Below are positions 53,644-58,131 of a stretch of 58,131 nt of DNA, piece by piece; the first letter of the stretch is position 1, and each line of letters starts with the position of its first letter. This DNA is from a virus (lineage: Duplodnaviria > Caudoviricetes): the IMG/VR virus record IMGVR_UViG_3300048011_000030, positions 1 to 58,131 of that record; one strand, 5' to 3'. The position numbers and the translations under genes were made by a program. The notes under the pieces are model-generated. The model did not search any database and was not told the DNA's origin. It worked only from the letters and a program-made list of their open reading frames with translations.

Positions 53644-56600
53644 ATGGGATTTAGAGATTCAGATAATATAATTGAACCTGTTGACAACGGCAATGTCTTT
53701 GATCTGGCAGAACCTATTGATGATGGTAACGTTTTTGATACAGACACCGGAGCTACTGCTATATCTTCTACCAGCGAAGCTGCTGCCAGTGCCTTCGCTG
53801 CAGCAAACGCCGCAGATGGGGTTACTTTAAGTGAAACCAATGCTGCTGCAAGTGCCGCGGCGGCTGCAATAAGCGAAGCTAATGCTTCCACCTCGGAAAA
53901 CAATTCATCAACCTCAGAGAGCAATGCAGCTACTTCAGAGACAAACGCGGCTACTTCTGCAGCCAATGCTTCAACTTCAGAGACTAATTCTGCCAGCTCT
54001 GCTTTAGCTGCAGCTAGTTCTGAGAGTAACGCGGCTACTTCTGCTACAGCTTCCGCTAACTCTGCTACTGCCTCTGCCAACTCTGCTTCTTTAGCTTCAA
54101 CTTCAGAATCTAACGCAGCTACTTCTGAATCTAACGCTAGCTCTTTTGCACAAAGCGCTTTATCTTCTTTAACTTCTGTTACAAATATATTTGATAGCTT
54201 TGACGACAGGTACTTAGGATCTAAAACAAGTGACCCCACATTAGATAACGATGGTAACACCTTAATTATTGGAACTATTTACTGGAACTCTACTGAAGGG
54301 GAACTTAAATTTTATAATGGTACTATTTGGGAAGCCCCCAGTGCAGCTGCTGCTACCAGTGCAACTAACGCTGCTACGTCAGAATCTAACGCAGCTACTT
54401 CAGCTACCGCTTCTGCTACCAGCGCTACTGCCTCTGAGACATCTAACGTTGCCAGTAATACTGCTAAACTAGCTGCTCAAGCGGCACAAACCGCAGCAGA
54501 GTTAGCGGAGACTAATGCTGAAACAGCTGAGACTAATGCTTCTACTCAAGCAACTAATGCTTCCACTTCAGCAAATAACGCTGCTACGTCAGAATCTAAC
54601 GCAGCTACTTCAGCTACAGCTTCTCAAACATCTGCTACAGCATCTCAGGTTTCTCGCTTGGCTGCTGAGACAGCTGAAACTAACGCTGAAACAGCTGAAA
54701 CTAATGCTGCCGCAAGTGAAACTGCTGCTAGCACAAGTGAGACTAATGCAGCAACAAGTGCATCGACTGCTTCTACAGGTGCAACAACAGCTACAACTAA
54801 GGCTAGTGAAGCGGCTACTAGTGCAACCAATGCAGCTACGTCAGAAACTAACGCTGAGACAGCTGAGACCAATGCTGAAACAGCGGAGACTAATGCTTCT
54901 ATCTATGCAACTAACGCTGCTACTTCTGCAACTAACTCAGCAACAAGTGCAACATCTTCTGATACTGCTAGAGCAGCTAGTGTAGTAGCTAAAGTCGCTG
55001 CAGAAACAGCGGAAACTAATGCAGAAACAGCAGAAGCTAATGCTCTTGCTTCTAAAAACGCAGCAGCTACTTCAGCTACGAACTCTGCTAACTCTGCAGC
55101 AGAAGCTTCTACTTCAGAAAATAATGCTGCTGTATCTGCAGCCACTGCTACAACTAAGGCCAGCGAGTCTTCTACTTCAGCTACAGCAGCTGCGGCTTCT
55201 GCTACCTCTGCTTCTGCTTCCAAGGATGCGGCTCTTGCAGCTCTAGACAGTTTTGATGACAGATATCTTGGTCAAAAAAGCTCTGACCCTACAGTAGACA
55301 ATGATGGCGATGCTCTTGTGGCAGGTGCTTTGTATTTTAATACCACTGACTCTGTAATGAAAGTTTACGAAGGTAGTGTTTGGGTTTCAGCTTACACCTC
55401 TTTGTCTGAAGCCTTGTTAATTTCTCAAAACTTATCTGATTTAAATGATATAGCTACTGCAAGAACTAACCTGGGGGTAGAAATTGGAACTGATGTACAA
55501 GCGTACTCCAGTGTACTTGCAGCCACAACTGCATCTTATACTACTGCGATCAATACAAAAATAAATAACATAGAAACTAACGCAGATGTAACTGATGTTA
55601 CTAACGTCACTGCTGCTGGTGCACTGATGGATAGCGAGGTAACTAACCTTGATCAAGTAAAAGCCTTTAATTCCTCAGATTATGTTTCAGTATCTGGCGA
55701 TTCTATAACAGGTAACTTGTCCTTCGGCGACAACGACAAAGCCATCTTCGGCGCTGGGTCTGATTTGCAGATTTACCATGATGGATCGAATAGTTATATC
55801 AAAGATAACGGGACAGGAAACCTCCGAATAAATGCTGGTGAGCTGACACTTACGAATGCAGCCGACAATCAAAATAGAATTGTTACCACGTCTGATGGCA
55901 CTGTTTATCTTTACAACGGGGGTTCAATCAAACTCGCCACCACCAGCACAGGCGTAGACATCACGGGTACTTTGACCAGCGATGGGCTGACTGTGGATGG
56001 GTCAGGGGTGGAAGTTATTTCTGTCAACTCAACACAAAATGGTGCGCAAATTAACTTTGACAGCGCATCAACTTCAGTAGACTGGTCTATTGGTGTATCA
56101 AACAGCGCCGATGGTGACTTTTTAATTTATCAAAGTGGTTCAGGCAGCGGTGACATAAACCTTTACACAGGCGGTTTAAAACGCCAAGAAATAAACCGAA
56201 ACGGCGACATCAGCTTCTACGAGGCCACAGGCACCACGCCAAAGTTCTTCTGGGATGCGGATGCTGAGAGCTTGGGCATTGGGGTTTCTTCTATTAGTAA
56301 TATAGTAGGGACTGGTTATCCACAGCTACAAGTTGGCGGTTCAGTTTCAGGAATTATTGATATAACTTCTGGTTCAAATCTTGGCATAAGAATGTCTGCT
56401 GATGGAAACCTTCCTACTATTGCGTCAAGAACTCAAGGGTGGCCTTTACGCTTCAGCACAACACCAACTGGTGGCTCCGCCACAGAACGTATGCGCATCG
56501 ACAGCAGCGGTAATGTCGGGATTGGGGTGGCTCCTTATAGCTGGTCTAATTTAACAGCACTTCAACTTGAGAGAGCTAGTGTATCAGGCGGTGACCCTGA

Positions 56601-57363
56601 CACATACTTTACGTCTAATGGATATTATTCAACAACTGCACCTTCTGGTTGGAAATATGGGTCAGCGACTACCGCAACGCAGATGTATATGAACGCATCA
56701 GGTGGGGAGTTTGTGTTTAGGAATGCCACCTCTGGTACGACTAATGCTTCAATCTCTTGGTCAGAAGCCATGCGCATCGACAGCAGCGGTAACTTGCTGG
56801 TGGGTAAGACGAGTGCTAACAATACAACTGCTGGAACAACAATATACGGTTCGGCCCCAGGCAATATGTCTTTAGTAAGAGATAGTGGTAGTTCTATTGT
56901 AATGAACCGTCTAAACTCTGACGGCGACATTGCAGTGTTCCGCAAAAACGGCACCACTGTGGGGAGTATTGGGTCTGAGGTTGCTGATACAACTTTACAG
57001 ACCGATCTCTATATTCACGGACGCAGCACTGTTGGTGGTTCAAGCGCAAACAACTCTCGCCTTTGGTTATTAGGCGGCGACAGTGGAATTGTGTTAGATG
57101 GTCATACAAACGCCATCTTACCTACAGACGAAAACAGCTACGAAGATGCTCGTACAGATATTGGCTCTGCGGATTACCGCTTCAAAGACCTCTACCTGTC
57201 TGGCACAGTCAATGCTAACTCAGTAGACCTCGGCAGCTTTGTCGTAACAGAAACAAATGGACACTTGTACTTTTCAGTAGGAGGTGTCAACAAAATGAAA
57301 CTAGATTCCTCTGGAAACCTACAGGTAGTAGGGAACGTTGACTCTAACGCAACCATAACTTAA
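53644..57363 (+). CDS. Tail fibre with Ala/Ser/Thr coiled-coil repeats and modular C-terminus
   Basis: SETNAA repeats (lambda Stf-like), duplicated FDDRYLG.K.SDPT module, MRIDSSGN repeats, YRFKDLYLSG. Confidence 0.85.
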   Translation: MGFRDSDNIIEPVDNGNVFDLAEPIDDGNVFDTDTGATAISSTSEAAASAFAAANAADGVTLSETNAAASAAAAAISEANASTSENNSSTSESNAATSETNAATSAANASTSETNSASSALAAASSESNAATSATASANSATASANSASLASTSESNAATSESNASSFAQSALSSLTSVTNIFDSFDDRYLGSKTSDPTLDNDGNTLIIGTIYWNSTEGELKFYNGTIWEAPSAAAATSATNAATSESNAATSATASATSATASETSNVASNTAKLAAQAAQTAAELAETNAETAETNASTQATNASTSANNAATSESNAATSATASQTSATASQVSRLAAETAETNAETAETNAAASETAASTSETNAATSASTASTGATTATTKASEAATSATNAATSETNAETAETNAETAETNASIYATNAATSATNSATSATSSDTARAASVVAKVAAETAETNAETAEANALASKNAAATSATNSANSAAEASTSENNAAVSAATATTKASESSTSATAAAASATSASASKDAALAALDSFDDRYLGQKSSDPTVDNDGDALVAGALYFNTTDSVMKVYEGSVWVSAYTSLSEALLISQNLSDLNDIATARTNLGVEIGTDVQAYSSVLAATTASYTTAINTKINNIETNADVTDVTNVTAAGALMDSEVTNLDQVKAFNSSDYVSVSGDSITGNLSFGDNDKAIFGAGSDLQIYHDGSNSYIKDNGTGNLRINAGELTLTNAADNQNRIVTTSDGTVYLYNGGSIKLATTSTGVDITGTLTSDGLTVDGSGVEVISVNSTQNGAQINFDSASTSVDWSIGVSNSADGDFLIYQSGSGSGDINLYTGGLKRQEINRNGDISFYEATGTTPKFFWDADAESLGIGVSSISNIVGTGYPQLQVGGSVSGIIDITSGSNLGIRMSADGNLPTIASRTQGWPLRFSTTPTGGSATERMRIDSSGNVGIGVAPYSWSNLTALQLERASVSGGDPDTYFTSNGYYSTTAPSGWKYGSATTATQMYMNASGGEFVFRNATSGTTNASISWSEAMRIDSSGNLLVGKTSANNTTAGTTIYGSAPGNMSLVRDSGSSIVMNRLNSDGDIAVFRKNGTTVGSIGSEVADTTLQTDLYIHGRSTVGGSSANNSRLWLLGGDSGIVLDGHTNAILPTDENSYEDARTDIGSADYRFKDLYLSGTVNANSVDLGSFVVTETNGHLYFSVGGVNKMKLDSSGNLQVVGNVDSNATIT

Positions 57364-57483
57364 ATTTTTAGGGCGTCCCTCCGGGGACGTCCCGCCTAGT
57401 AGGAGATACGAACATGGCAATTAAAATCGCAGGTACTACCGTTATAGACGACAGCCGGAATATTAATATACAAACGGTTCAAG
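57357..57483 (+). repeat. Second copy of the 127-bp repeat
   Basis: Identical to 1..127. Confidence 0.95.
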
Positions 57484-58131
57484 TTGGAACCAACACCGTT
57501 ACTACAGCTTCTGACATTGCTCTCAGTGCTAACGTAGCAATCAACGCAGAAAACAGTTTGTCATTTGGCATGACTGATGGCACATCTGGGTATTACAGAT
57601 GGATGTTTGGCAATAACTCTAAAACCGGCGGCACAGCTGGCGGCGTTGAAAAGATGCGCCTTGATAAGGATGGCAATTTAACACTAGCCGGCACAGTAGA
57701 CGGAGTAAATATACAGACCCTTAATACTACAGCTGGTGCCGCCTTACCTAAAGCTGGCGGTACTATGAGTGGTAACTTAACAGTTAGCAAGACAAACCCT
57801 CTCATAAGGCTGTATGATAGCAACACTGGCACTGACACATTCCCTGCGATTGAATTTGACACTGCTAACACCCAAGGCGTAGCTATAGAGTTTAACGAGT
57901 TTGACACTGAACTTCCTGTTTCTGGTTACGGTCTTGTAGTCAAAGGAAGTAGTACAAACACACAATTCCCTGGCACAGGTACGTTATCTTTTAATGTCTT
58001 AGGTAATATCTATGCGGGTGCTACATCTTTAGGTTCTCTTAACAAAGTATTCCACGATGGCTACCACCCCAATGCTGACGACGCAGACACTCTGGACGGA
58101 CAACACGGGAGTTACTATACAGGCTATACTG
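57414..58131 (+). CDS. Alternative 5' allele of the long tail fibre (partial, runs off the end; not in ORF track)
   Basis: Open frame MAIKIAGTTVIDDSRNINIQTVQ-VGTNTVTT...SLNK-VFHDGYHPNADDADTLDGQHGSYYTGYT, sharing both flanks with ORF 58..4299. Confidence 0.85.
   Translation, partial: MAIKIAGTTVIDDSRNINIQTVQVGTNTVTTASDIALSANVAINAENSLSFGMTDGTSGYYRWMFGNNSKTGGTAGGVEKMRLDKDGNLTLAGTVDGVNIQTLNTTAGAALPKAGGTMSGNLTVSKTNPLIRLYDSNTGTDTFPAIEFDTANTQGVAIEFNEFDTELPVSGYGLVVKGSSTNTQFPGTGTLSFNVLGNIYAGATSLGSLNKVFHDGYHPNADDADTLDGQHGSYYTGYT

Noticed and set aside
53487-55246. Long antisense and alternate-frame ORFs (e.g. 53487..54260)
   Set aside because: Shadows of the Ala/Ser/Thr repeat codons; the same applies to most short nested ORFs in the track
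57484-58045. Diversity-generating retroelement or invertase shufflon behind the two fibre variants
   Set aside because: The variants are largely unrelated rather than differing at adenines, they are in direct orientation, and no reverse transcriptase or recombinase is seen
1-58131. Temperate lifestyle, or naming a specific isolate
   Set aside because: No integrase or repressor seen. Size and content recall roseobacter/pelagiphage podoviruses such as the CRP-7/HTVC103P-type group, but that is unverified memory and needs BLAST

Overview
The window is an essentially complete, circularly permuted genome (~57.3 kb unit plus an alternative 0.77 kb end) of a lytic podovirus-like marine phage. The host is probably an alphaproteobacterium (Rhodobacteraceae-like), inferred from the class II RNR, DUF1127 and DUF1289 genes. 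Two gene arms diverge from a repeat-rich non-coding region at ~41.85-42.35 kb (likely the physical ends) and converge on a bidirectional terminator at ~26.55 kb. The minus arm (41.7->26.6 kb) carries small early ORFs, SSB, MazG, ThyX, glutaredoxin, family A DNA polymerase, exonuclease, HNH, RusA, primase-helicase and a T7-type RNA polymerase. The plus arm (42.4->58.1 kb, then 1->26.5 kb) carries TerL, portal, scaffold, capsid, tail proteins, an inserted nrdJ and internal virion proteins. Highlights: (1) a second, Cys-free, N4-vRNAP-like single-subunit RNA polymerase as the last internal virion protein; (2) two separate promoter-like motif families, four template-strand hairpins before minus-arm genes and five T7-like 22-mers mostly before plus-strand genes, suggesting a two-polymerase cascade; (3) three tail genes that look like a fibre split at its last beta-strand, i.e. 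a possible donor-strand-complemented, self-polymerising pilus-like appendage; (4) two alternative in-frame 5' cassettes of the long tail fibre at the two contig ends; (5) an SNase-like nuclease domain on a probable ejected protein; (6) candidate structured RNAs. All family assignments are from motif recognition and recall, not database searches.
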